This document shows, piece by piece, positions 1-11,570 of a DNA stretch of 64,000 bases. The notes below the pieces were generated by a model. That model was given only the letters and a program-made list of their open reading frames with translations. It was not told the origin of the DNA and searched no databases. Origin of the DNA: Azolla caroliniana (taxonomy: Eukaryota; Plantae; Polypodiophyta); assembly GCA_043228905.1 (NCBI GenBank), contig JBHGNT010000020.1:6386001-6450000 (forward strand). Direction: 5' to 3'. The position numbers were made by a program, and so were the translations under genes. Within the stretch, counting starts at the first letter, position 1; each line of letters opens with the position of its first letter.

Positions 1-376
1 TTAAGGAATAATTAATTGGTAAATGTCTCGACTGCGTTGAAGGAACAATAGTCCCATCAAGAACAGGTAGTTAGCTTCCTTAAGAAGCAACTACATTTTG
101 CGGAGGGGATGGTAAGGAGCAGACAAAAATTGGACCTGAACATTCTTGCTCCCTTACCAAATGAAGGAGAACCAGGAAACGATATATTGACTGTTAAAGC
201 ACGTTGCATCGCTTGTGGATTACGTGTAGAGGACAAATCTGCTACTCTATTGATTCACCTACAACCATCTCAGCACACATACCATATCGTTTGTTTTCAA
301 TATGCCTATCGCATTGCTGCATTCTGTTTGGGGGATTGTAGTACAACACTCCCAGATGAGTGGAGAAAACTAACAG
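1..376 (+). pseudogene. Exon fragment of a coiled-coil + RING-variant gene (paralogue of the 2577-7551 cargo gene)
   Basis: ORF 109-414 contains C-x2-C...PSQHTYH-x2-C...C-x3-C...W (RING-H2-like spacing). In-frame TAG upstream; probable donor ACAG|gtaaaa near 376. Confidence 0.5.
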
Positions 377-419
377 GTAAAATTGTTGCTTGTAACCATA
401 GTGTAGTTAATTAGTTACA

Positions 420-1680
420 TCTTTGCTAATTAGGTAAGCCGTATAAAGTGTGGAAACTATTTAGCTGTTATGGTTGTAGTGTAGTAGCTAATTAGCTAAC
501 ATGTAGTTAATTAGCTAACTGGTAGCTAATTAGCTACTCCCATACTTTAGTTGAGTAGCTAATTTGCTAAGTGGTAGACAATTACCTACTACCATAGTTT
601 AGTACAATAGCTAATTAGCTAAGTGGTAGCTAATTAGCTACTACCATAGTTTAGTTGAGTAACTAAGTAGCTAAATGGTAGCTAATTAGCTACCACCATA
701 GTTTAATACAGTAGCTAATTACCTACTACCACAGGTTAGTTGAGTAACTATTTAGCTAAGTGGTAGCTAATTAGCTACTACCATACTTTAGTTGAGTAGC
801 TAATTAGCTACTACCATAGATTAGTACAATAGCTAATTAGATAACTGGCAGCTAATTAGCTACTACCATACTTTAGTTGAGTAGCTAATTAGCTAAGTGG
901 TAGCTAAGTAGCTACTACCATAGTTTAGTACAGTAGCTAATTAGCAAATTAGTTAAGTGGTAGCTAATTAGCTACTACCATACTTTAGTACAGTACCTAA
1001 TTAGCTAAGTGTTAGCTAATTAGCTACTACCATACTTTAGCTGAGTAGTAGTACAATACCTAATTAGCTAAGTGTTAGCTAATTAGCTACTACCATCCTT
1101 TAGCTGAGTAGCTAATTAGATAAGTGGTAGCTAATTAGCTACTACCATACTTTAATACAGTAGCTAATTAGCTAAATGCTAGCTAATTAGGTACTACTAT
1201 AGTTTAGTACAATAGCTAATTAGCTATGTGGTAGCTAATTAGCTACTACCATAGTTTAGTACAATAGCTAATTAGCTAAGTGGTAGCTAATTAGCTACTA
1301 CCATACTTTAGCTGAGTAGCTAATTAGGTAAGTGGTAGCTAATTAGCTTTTACCATAGTTTAGTAAATTTGCTAATTAGCTAAGTGGTAGCTAATTAGCT
1401 ACTACCATACTTTAGCTAAGTAGCTAATTAGGTAAGTGGTAGCTAATTAGCTTTTACCATAGTTTAGTAAATTTGCTAATTAGCTAAGTGGTAGCTAATT
1501 AGCTACTACCATACTTTAGCTAAGTAGCTAATTAGCTAAATGGTAGCTAATTAGCTACTACCATAGTTTAATACAGTAGCTAATTAGCTAAGTGGTAGCT
1601 AATTAGCTACTACCATATTTTGATACAATAGCTAATTAGCTAAATGGTAACTAATTAGCTACTACCATACTTTAGTTGCT
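420..1680. repeat. AT-rich minisatellite, ~52-bp unit, rich in TAGCTAATTAGCTA palindromes
   Basis: Unit tagctaattagctaagtggtagctaattagctactaccatagtttagtacaa recurs; for example agtttagtacaa occurs at 1201 and 1253. Confidence 0.95.
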
Positions 1681-1686
1681 AGATGG

Positions 1687-1822
1687 TATGACTCATACTA
1701 AATGCTAGAATATAAAGAGGTGACATAATGGTGACTCTTGACCGTTACAGTGTCTATTCACTTTCAAGGTGAGTTCACACACTAGACCAAGTTGAGCTTG
1801 ATTCTCAACACGCCCCCTCAAG
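1687..1822 (-). repeat. Partial 3' LTR + PPT of the copia element whose body lies at 24383-28764
   Basis: 1687-1810 matches the distal part of the LTR at 28404-28764 (…gaccaagttgagctt(g/t)attctcaaca). The adjacent minus-strand sequence CTTGAGGGGGCG is a PPT. Confidence 0.9.
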
Positions 1823-2654
1823 CTCAAGTCGGGTCGGTTTCAGACGGTATCTGAAATCCGCTTCGACTCGCATTCCTGAGTCTGCGTCGACTTGCATCGA
1901 CTCGCATTTGGGTTGAAGCATGCTACGGTGTACCAACTTTTGGCCAAAAATTTAGTACTAAATCAAGGAAGAAAATAAACATTAAAAATTGAAAATAAAA
2001 CAATTATCATCTATTGAATGGTGTTCAATTTCAAATAATAAATTCATTACGTCACACTCGAATGTACAAAGATAATATATGTCACACTCGAAATGTCCCA
2101 AGGCCGTATTTAATACATTAATTGTAACTTCATTCTCCTAGGTAGAGTTGTACGAAAGCACACCTGGAGAAGGTTTGGAATGTGATAGTTGGTCAGTCTT
2201 AGTCTCAGTCTCTCTCTCTCTCTCTCTTCTGTCTCGAAGTTATCAAACAGACAGAGGCAGAAAGTTAGAAAGACGACACATATCTATTACTTATCTCTCT
2301 CTTTCTCTCTCTCACTCCACCTTTGAATCTCTGTTTGTTTGTTTCTTTTTGTTTCTCTCTCTCACTCCACCTTCGATTCTCTGTTTCCCCGTGTAGTTGT
2401 TGTTGTGTTCCCCTCTGTGCCAGGTTCGATCTCTGTCTCTGTATATGCAGATATTTCTGTTTCCCCGGATTGATGTTCTTGTTGTTGATTTTCTTTCTTT
2501 GTGTATGCTCATTTGTCTCCTCTGTTAATGCTCGTTTGTCTCCTCTGCAACAGCCTCGTCAACAACCTCTTGCATATAGGTGATTTTGAAGGCTTGGTGT
2601 GCTCCGAAGGTGTGGTACCTCTGCCTTCGACCTTGGCTCCATCTGCCTCCAACT

Positions 2655-3060
2655 GGTATGTTATCGTTTTCTCTTTGTTTCCTGTCCGTCTGCTTTTAAT
2701 TTTTATGCGTATGGGCATTTTTAGGTTTTGATTATTCATAGTCTATGTGTTGCATGCCCAATTGGTATGTTTTCATTTTCTCTGTGTTTCTTGTCTGTCT
2801 GTTTTTAATTTGTATGTGTTTGACATGGATTAGTTTTCTTCTGACTGTTTAGGGTGGTTGTGTGTTTGACATGGTTTGTACATGCAACTTAGATGGAGTT
2901 GGCTATGATGAGTTGCTATGTTTTCGTTTTGTTGGTATGTTTTCGTTTTCTCTGTGTTTCCTGTCTGTCTGTTTTTAATTTGTATGTGTTAGACATGGAT
3001 GAGTTTTCTTCCGACTATTTAGGGTTTTTGTGTGTTTGACATGGCTTGTACATGCAATGT
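2655..3060. repeat. Degenerate ~170-bp tandem repeat in a probable intron
   Basis: ggtatgtt…ttttctct(g/t)tgtttc(c/t)tgtc(t/c)gtctg recurs at ~2655, ~2763 and ~2933. Confidence 0.75.
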
Positions 3061-5099
3061 GATGATTTGCTATGTGTTGATGGTAATTTGATGAGTTTTA
3101 TTCTAGTACATGCATATTCATTCAACAAGAATAATGATGACTAGGACAATGACGAGAAGGACACCCATAAAGAAGACATTGATGAAAGAGAAAGTGAAGA
3201 CACCACTGAAGGAAGGAAAAAGGACATCTCTCAAAGAAAGCAAGAAGACACCCACAAGAGAAAGGGTGATGAATTCATCAACACAGAGAAATAAGATGTA
3301 CCACTCCATCATTCGAGACACACCTCTCGGATGGAGTTATTTCCTTCGAGCACGACCTAAAGTTTATCCTGAGCTGAGAGAGTGGTTGATAAAAACCTAG
3401 GGGTCAACACATCCCGATACAAGGCGAGGATTCCACATAAGTGGATTGAAGAGGGAATATGTGAACTTATTGAAGACGAGATATGAACATGTTTATTATA
3501 CAAATCAAATCTGTAACAATGAGGTGGGTACTGTTTTTGCACGTGCATTTGCATGTGAAGTTCAGGGTGGCATTGACGTAGATTGGGAAGATTTTAATCG
3601 GCACCGGTCAGAACATTATAAAGGATCCTCTAGTACCAACACTGGCTTGAAGTCATCGGGAACCTCTCATGTGGATATTTCGGCTACAACACCTGTCCAC
3701 CAAGTTCAATCTACAAAGGTACGGGCCACAATGACTGAAAAGAATGAACAGATGATGGCCAGTTGCATAGCATCTATGAGCTCAAGAATACAAGCACTAC
3801 TTGCTAATTTGGAAGCAGTTAAATCAGTTGAGATACAGGCAGAAAAGAAATTCTCTTCATTAAAGACTACATATGAATGGATTGCATCAACAATCCAAAA
3901 TTCAGAAAGTGAGGTGTTGAAAGAGGAGTTGAAGAAAGAGCTAAACAATATGGGCACTCAATTAGGTTCACAGATGAGAGACCTTGATACTTGCAAGAAT
4001 GCATATTCCAAAATAGATAATAAGTTGTTAGCTTTAAAGTTGCATTCCGAGAACCTTGCGTGCCTGATGCAGGATTTAAAACAAAAAGGTTTTGAAACTT
4101 TGTGTCCATCTGTAATTGAGCACCCAAGTGGTATGGAAAGTACCATTACTAGTATAGCTATATCACGATATTGGCTTTAAAAGTTATTTATTTCTACTTC
4201 TGTGGTATAAATATCATATTAGCTAATATATTATAACTTGTGTTTGCAATCTGCCAGGTGTATATTTTGTGGCCTCGGATTCAAGCTGGAGGCTATGGAT
4301 GTTGTGATTACACCGAGCTTGCACACATATCATGTGCTATGTGCTAATTATCATTTTGAGAAAGAGAATACATGTATGGACTGTAAAACTACAATTGTGG
4401 CTGAGTGGTACTATGCTTGGGGTTTAAAAGTACACCCGTATGGTATGTGGCTCTACTATTCTATTGTTTGTATTATATGATGTCAATTTACATTTGGATT
4501 AGAACTAGTGTACGCCACAATTCATACTTCAAATTTAGGAGAACAATGGATTAGTATTAGTGTATCTCTAACAACTAATATGTGGAACCCTAATTATGTG
4601 GGTTAGTATTGGCAATACTCTTAATATATAATTGGTATGTGTAGTTGAAGGGATATTTTCCAGAATAAGTACTAAAAGGGAACCAGGTACAACATCGTCC
4701 AATCTATATTGCAACTTGCCTAGTACTAGTTTAGTAGACACTATACTTGTAGTACACTGTTGACTGTTAGTATTGTTTGTGTAACTTGGGAATTAGTACT
4801 AGTTATGTAATTTGGGAACAAGGTGTATAGTAAATTGCTGAATATTAGTACAATTTGTGTAATTTGGAAATGAGGTGTGTCAAACACATATCATGTTTAG
4901 TACTAATACTGTTCAAGATTAATACTGTTGGTGTAATTAGTACAAATTATGTAATTAGGTGTGTAGAACACATGTCACGTTTAGTATTACTTGTGTGCAA
5001 AATACCACGTTAGTACTAAAATCCAATCTACATTTGTTGGATTAGATGTTAGTCCAATCTATATTACAACATGCCTAGTACTAGTGTTAGTACACACTA

Positions 5100-5690
5100 T
5101 ACTTGTACATTGTTGACGATTAGTACTTAGCAAGTAGTACATTGTTCATGATTAGTACTAGTTTTGTAAATTGGGAACTAAGTGAGTAGTACATTGCTCA
5201 TGATTAGTACTAGTTTTGTAAATTGGGAACTAAGTGAGTAGTACATTGCTCATGATTAGTACTAGTTTTGTAATTTGGGAACTAAGTGAGTAGTACATTG
5301 TTCAGGATTAGTACTCCTTGTGTAATTTGGGAACTAAGTGAGTGGTGCATTGTGCATGATTAGTACTAGTGTAAATTGGGAACTAAGTGAGCAGTACATT
5401 GTTCATTATTAGTACTATTTCTATTCCTTATTAGTACTAGTTCAGTAATTTAGGAACTAAGTGAATAACGTATTGTTCAGGATTAGTACATTGTTCATGA
5501 TTAGTACTATTTCTGTAATTTGGCAACTAAGTGAGTGGTACATTGTTCATGATTAGTACTCCTTGTGTAATTTAACTAAGTTAGTTGTACATTGTTCATG
5601 ATTAGTACTACTTGTGTAAATTGGGGACTAAGTGAGTAGTACATTGTTCACGATTAGTACTAGTTGTGTAATATGGGAACTAGGTGTAGC
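5100..5690. repeat. Intronic minisatellite, 52-bp unit, TAGTACTA/GTAC-rich
   Basis: attagtactagttttgtaaattgggaactaagtgagtagtacattgctcatg starts at 5151, 5203, 5255 and so on; degenerate copies extend back to ~4700. Confidence 0.92.
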
Positions 5691-7967
5691 TTAATGAATT
5701 AGTAATGCAACTCTTGTGACCTACATTGTATATTTTATATCACGGTACTAACCTTGAAGGTTTTTTGGTTTCTTGCAATGAATGTTGTAGTGTCAAGCAA
5801 CTCCACGCCAGGGAAGGTAATGGAACAACCGGCCCCTATGCCTAAACCCTCGGTATCTGCTGAACATTCCAAGGTTCAGGGACCATCATTACCAATAACC
5901 TATGAGTTTTATGATGAAGATGAATGTATGAGAAGGGCCATTGGAGCAGTGGAACATATCCTTCTACAAACAAATTCCCCAAGCTCCGGTCAACATCAAA
6001 ACAATCCAGGTAACACAAATTTTGCCAACATATCTTAATTCTCATTTGAGAAAGTGTTGAATGCCTAATTTCTTTAGAAATAGAGCCAACTAAGAAGAGG
6101 AATGCTGCAAGAATGTTGTATGGAAAGGGCAAGAAAGGCAAAGTTGAATGCAATGGTGAGTCATATATGTTCTCACTTGTCCGGAGAGTTGTCAACCTAA
6201 TGCATTGTCTAATACCATGTACTTGTGTTACTAGTTGATGACGAAATGATCTTTGGTGAGGGAGATACGAGTCCAAAACCTAATCGTGAAGACGAATTTA
6301 TCACACTCCTAGGTACATGTCAAAAGCCGGTTTTTGAAAACAATGATTTAGATCATAACAACCCTATGATAGTGTTGCTTTTGGTGCATTCTATAGATCA
6401 TAACAACCCTGTTGAGCACTTAGATGTTGTGGAGAAGATGACCAAGCCTACCACTTGCAATGGGGTATCTACGACTGTACAGTATGACGATGTAACAATA
6501 GGTAAAAAAGTGGCTCTTAACCCTACGTTCATTGTTGTTGGTATGTTTGCAAACTTTTGAGTATGTGAGTTGATACTAATATTCATTGGAATCCCATTCT
6601 TTAGGTTTACAAGAGTAGTCTGATTCCCAATTGCAATCAAATGAATCGGGAACTATATGGAACACAAGTGCAGAGTTAGATTCTGGGATTAACCTTTGCA
6701 CGGAGGCAGACTTTGGAAGCACATCTTCCACACATGAGGACTGTGAGAAAAACGAAGCATTCATATTTGAAGAGCAGCTGGCATGTACAAACAATAATTT
6801 GTCTAAAGAAGCCCATGAGGAGTGTGGAAAGAATATGTTAAGTACTGAAGAGAAGACTGATTGTACCGAGAATGTATCTGTAGTGTCTAAAGAATCCCAT
6901 GAGGATTGTGGAAAGAACATCGCTAGTACTGAAGAGGAGCTTGATTGTACTGAGAATGTGCTAGTAGTGTCTAAAGCATCCCATGAGGATTGTGGAAAGG
7001 ACATCGTTACTAATGAAGGGGAGCCTACTAGCATCACCCATGAGGACCAGGCAATAAAGACCACCCAAGAAGGGGAGCCCGGTTCTCTTAAGAATGAGGT
7101 GATAGCCTCCGTACAAGAGGAGTTGACCCAAGAAGGAGAGCACAGTGGTCTTAAGAATGAGGTGATTATGACCAGCCAAGAGTTCGCTAGGAGTATTGCT
7201 GTAGCCCACATACATGAGCCTAATTGTACTGAGACTAAGCATACTAGCAACAACATGAGTACTAAAACAGCCCACATTCAGGAGATGAGTGATAATTTTT
7301 CTATCGACAGTACCTTTGTGGATGTGTGTACAAGCATTGCAGTTGCAGAAAACACAGTTGCTCTCTCAAGCTTGCCACTAGTACAAGGTGCCCGTGCATC
7401 CATGCCTGTCTCTGATGCCTCTGATGATGAAGTGCCACTTAGTCAGCTGATACCTAAAGGCTTTAAGATAAAGAAGAATGTAAAATCAGAAAAAACTAGC
7501 ACCAACAACAAGCGCATTACAAGATTAGCCAAATTGCCCTCTAGTGCCTGATTGTCTTTCGATTGTACTTGAACTTTAGTTGAACTGTTAGTGATGTGAG
7601 AAATTGAAAACACGTTCGCATTCACAAGTGGAAGGATCGCGCATAAATGGAAGGATAAGGGAAATTTTAGGGGTTTTTCAATGATTTTACAAAACACATT
7701 GATACCAGTATCATACAAGTTCAAACATACTATGAAAAAGGTTAAAAATCCACTATTTTTCGTGATTTAGAAGTAACTAAAAAAAGACGAATTTCAAAAA
7801 CATACATTCTCAATTTATATCACAAACTTTACAACCAATGTTATTTTATAAGAAACGATTTTTGGGAAATCATAAGAATTCAAAACACATGATTTTATAT
7901 TACTCGATTTGTTACAAGCGGAATGTAGTTACACTTAATAGCCAAATATACATTCATGATCACTCCT

Positions 7968-10748
7968 TTACGGAGAATCACTACTATAACTAATATACAA
8001 TGACGATTCCTCCTCATCATCCTCGGATGTACCAATCAGTGCATTATCTTCGTCATAAACCAAATGGTTTGACTCTAGATTATATGTAGCAGATCTCGTT
8101 TGCCTTTGACTCGAGCCACCTTGTAGACCTGGTAATTTTTCTTTTATTATATCTATTGTTGACTTCCTTAATCGTCCGGCTTTTGTAAGTGTGAAGTTGT
8201 ACACGATGATATCCACATCAGAGATATCAAGGGTCGAGGTGTTACGAATGTTTCGCTTCCTCTTCCTACCTCCCCTTCTTGTTTGGCATTCAATCATCTC
8301 CAATGTATACTTACCTGTAAAAGCATTTGCACTTCTAGTGTTGTACCAATGAACATTTATAGACTTGATCGTGTTTTCTATTTCATGCATTAGCACTTCT
8401 AGAATTTTACCAACCCAAAATTGGTGGCCATGTGAGTTCTCATCAGCCGGCGTTGCAATCAACATCCCCGCGGTGAGCTCTTGCAAATTTCCTTGCCATC
8501 TAGCTTCGGCTGCTTTGGTCATCCTTGGTCCCACATAAATGTCTCTTTGTTGTGGATGGACCAAGTTGTCATTAATCGCATTTACTAGTCGCTCCGGACT
8601 TCTATTTACGCGATCATGTTGCAGCGACCATGTGAATGGCGTTTCCAAATTCCAATTATCAACAGATACACAATTGTCTATAATTTCTTTCTGATCACTA
8701 TAAAATACATCCCACCATGACGTGTCTTGTTGTGCGGCATATTTCTTGGCGGCCTCAATATGCTTTCTTTTTTCTTCTAAGGCTTGGAGCCATGACCGTT
8801 TTTGTTCTGATACCAAGTCGCTCTACAACTGTCCTTTCTTCTCAATTGGCATTTGCTTAGCTCCATGGACAATTGTACTCGGCATACAAAGTAATAACTG
8901 GCAACCACCTTCAGGTTCCCATGTTGTAGAAGATGAATATTGTTTAGCATACAAAAGTGTAGAACCACTTATTCCATTTTTCTTTATCAAAAAAATGTGA
9001 TTGAAACTTATATTGTTTAACTGAGCAAGCACTTTAACATTCCCACCACCCCCATCTAATATATATCTCTTAAAGTCATATACCTCCTTCAAGTGTAACA
9101 CTTTTGGGCGTGGTGTATATGCATCACAAATGACATCAAATAGTTTAGGTAAAGTGAAAGCATCATGCCGAGACAACTGTCTGGAGAATGTGCTAAACAT
9201 CTGATCTATATGGTCATGTGTGTGGCCAACCAAAAGGAAATTGACTTTCACTTTCCTAAACAATTCTAGGTTGACCAACATACTTAGATAGCCAAATACA
9301 GTTGAATTTTTGTTCTCTCTAGCAGTATTGTCCAATTGAATGTATAGAACAGGGGGGAAAGGTTGTCCCCAAGACATCAAAACTCGGTGAATCACTGTAA
9401 CTGTTAGGTTAGGGTCATTGTGAACATTGGGGTAAGTAATGAAGACGTGAGGTCGAACAGACCTATTATAAGCCAAGCATCCCACCAAGTGCATTTGAAC
9501 AAGGCACTCATCATTGACATCTTTGGGGAGCCTCCGCATATGTGGCAAGCATGTCTTCTTCTGGTCCATGCCATCTATCATTAAGCACATGTATTGTTCA
9601 GGCCTCTTCAAACACTTCTCTCTATGATGCATCGCCTTCCTTCGTTCTAAGGATTGTGCCTCACGATGCTCTTGTAGTAACTTCTTACTCGTATCCTTTT
9701 CCATTGATGTCTTTGCACCTTTAGCCAAACTTTTAAGATTTGCACAAATGGAGCAATACCCCATACGTACTTTACGAGGAATAATAACATTTGAAAACTG
9801 AGCTCTCCATAATCTTGTGAATTGGCTATAGGTGATAGACTTATTACGTGAGCCCAGCATTTCAGATCGATAGACATCATAAACTTCCCGACGGGTATAA
9901 TTATCAGAAAGATGCATCCTACCTGTAGTGGGCATTACTTCACAATTTAACTGAAAGTAAGTTTTCATCCAGCCAATAGCTAGTCTTCCAATTGCACCTT
10001 TCATACTTGGAACCTCTTTACAATTGAGCATCTGATCCCCGCTAAGTAGACGTTGTTGTACTCTATGTAGCCGCATGTTACTAACACATAACGCAATTTT
10101 GAATGCAACTCTACATATCTGTTGCGCATGGAAGATATAATACTCGAATGATACTTTGATCCCCGTACATTTGTCAGATACTAGTTGCATATGTGATCCG
10201 AGGTAAGTGTCTTGCTCATCACCGGTCATCGAAAAATAGTATCGCCTTAATTCTCGCAACTTTGATTTTCCAATCATAGACATACAACCACGGGCACAAC
10301 ATATTTTGTTGACATCAAATCCAATCTGTTTATCTGATGTCACCAAGCTAAATCTAGCCAGACGAATTCTTCGTGGGATTCTTCTAATATGCATAGGGCT
10401 CCCAGATTTCTCTTCCTGCATAGAGGTTGGTGTAACCTTGTTACAGTCTAATTCTCTATTCTGACCATCGCCAATGTTATTCAATGTTTCCTGGGCACTT
10501 CCTTCATTCTCGGTATCTTTATTAATATCGTATTCTTCAATAGAGAACTCTTCACATGTGTCATTATTTACATTCCCTGTAGATGAGCTCAGACAATATT
10601 CTTCGATAGAATATGGTGAGTCGGTCAAAAGACAATATTCTTCAATCGAATATGGTGACTCTGTTGACAAACAATACTCTTCAGTAGAAAACGATGGGTC
10701 TGATGACAAACAATATTCTTCAATCGAGAACGGTGAATCTTCACTCAT
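7968..10748 (-). pseudogene. DUF7869/Sola1-like DDD transposase (~925 aa) interrupted by one in-frame TAG
   Basis: Motifs CSIC, MIDGMDQ, LYIQLDNTARENKN and FLLVGHTHDHIDQMFS. ORFs 8823-10748 and 7968-8816 are in the same frame. C-terminal FWVGKI…VHWY beta-rich domain; N-terminal 13-aa SPxSIEEYCL repeats. Confidence 0.82.
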
Positions 10749-11417
10749 GGCTTAAGGTCTAGATAGGGCTCTCTACGTTATACTCCTCTCTAACCATATA
10801 CTCCTCCCTAAACATAAACTTCTCTCTAAACAAAAGCCAAATCAATAGAATGTCTATATTATGTAATATTCTATTAATACAATACATCTAAAAATTATTT
10901 TTAATAAAGTAATTTAACTTAAATTATCAATCATTATATAAACTAGATCTAAATGATGTTAAATCAAGTAAAATATAAAACTAATCATTAACAAGCCTTG
11001 AATATGTTGGATTAATGTTAAAATCATTGGCTAATTAATGACACCCATTTTGATATAGAACGTCTCACTCATTGGTTCTTTAATGCTCACCATTTTAAAT
11101 ATTAGACTTATCAATCATTGGTTAATTCATGCCCACATCTTTAATACATAACATTTGAGAGTCATAAAAATTGTTGCTTTTAGTAATCAATCATTGGTAC
11201 ATTCATGAACCTCTATCATTGTCTCCTTCATAACCTTTGAAGTGATTGTAGGTTGTTATGACTATAAAAGATTGATCAATATGTTAGTTTGACTTTGTAA
11301 TCATTAATACAATCATAAGTTACTCTAGTTAATGTGACTATGGTTACCAACTAACTTTCCTCAAAGTTACCAACATTGGTTAAGGTGACTATGGTTACTT
11401 TAACCATGGGTTCAATC

Positions 11418-11431
11418 CCTATAAATAGGAA
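11418..11431 (+). promoter_or_regulatory. Probable TATA box of the ParB-MTase gene
   Basis: ccctataaatagg lies ~150 bp upstream of the ATG at 11571 and is followed by a 9-bp (cagagcaca)n 5' UTR repeat. Confidence 0.55.
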
Positions 11432-11570
11432 GACCTCATCATATTTCACTCACCAGAGCGTACAGAGCGTACAGAGCACACAGAACGCAGAGAGCACACA
11501 GAGCACACAAAGCACTCAGAGCACAAAGCACGAAAGCGCGATCTCCGCCTCCACTTCAACACGATCAACC

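Larger units (their letters stand above)
2577..7551 (+). pseudogene. Spliced cargo gene of the outer transposon: acidic N-terminus, coiled coil, RING-variant exon, acidic repeat C-terminus (exon structure only partly resolved)
   Basis: ORFs 3110-3400 and 3446-4180 are in one frame, split by a TAG. The RING-like exon ~4258-4441 (CIFC…PSLHTYHVLC…CMDC…W) is flanked by cag|…|gtatgt. ORF 6631-7551 has HEDCGK repeats. CT microsatellites upstream resemble a plant 5' UTR. Confidence 0.55.

Noticed and set aside
6576-7277. 233-aa minus-strand ORF with a signal-peptide-like start
   Set aside because: It is the antisense shadow of the repetitive plus-strand exon at 6631-7551.
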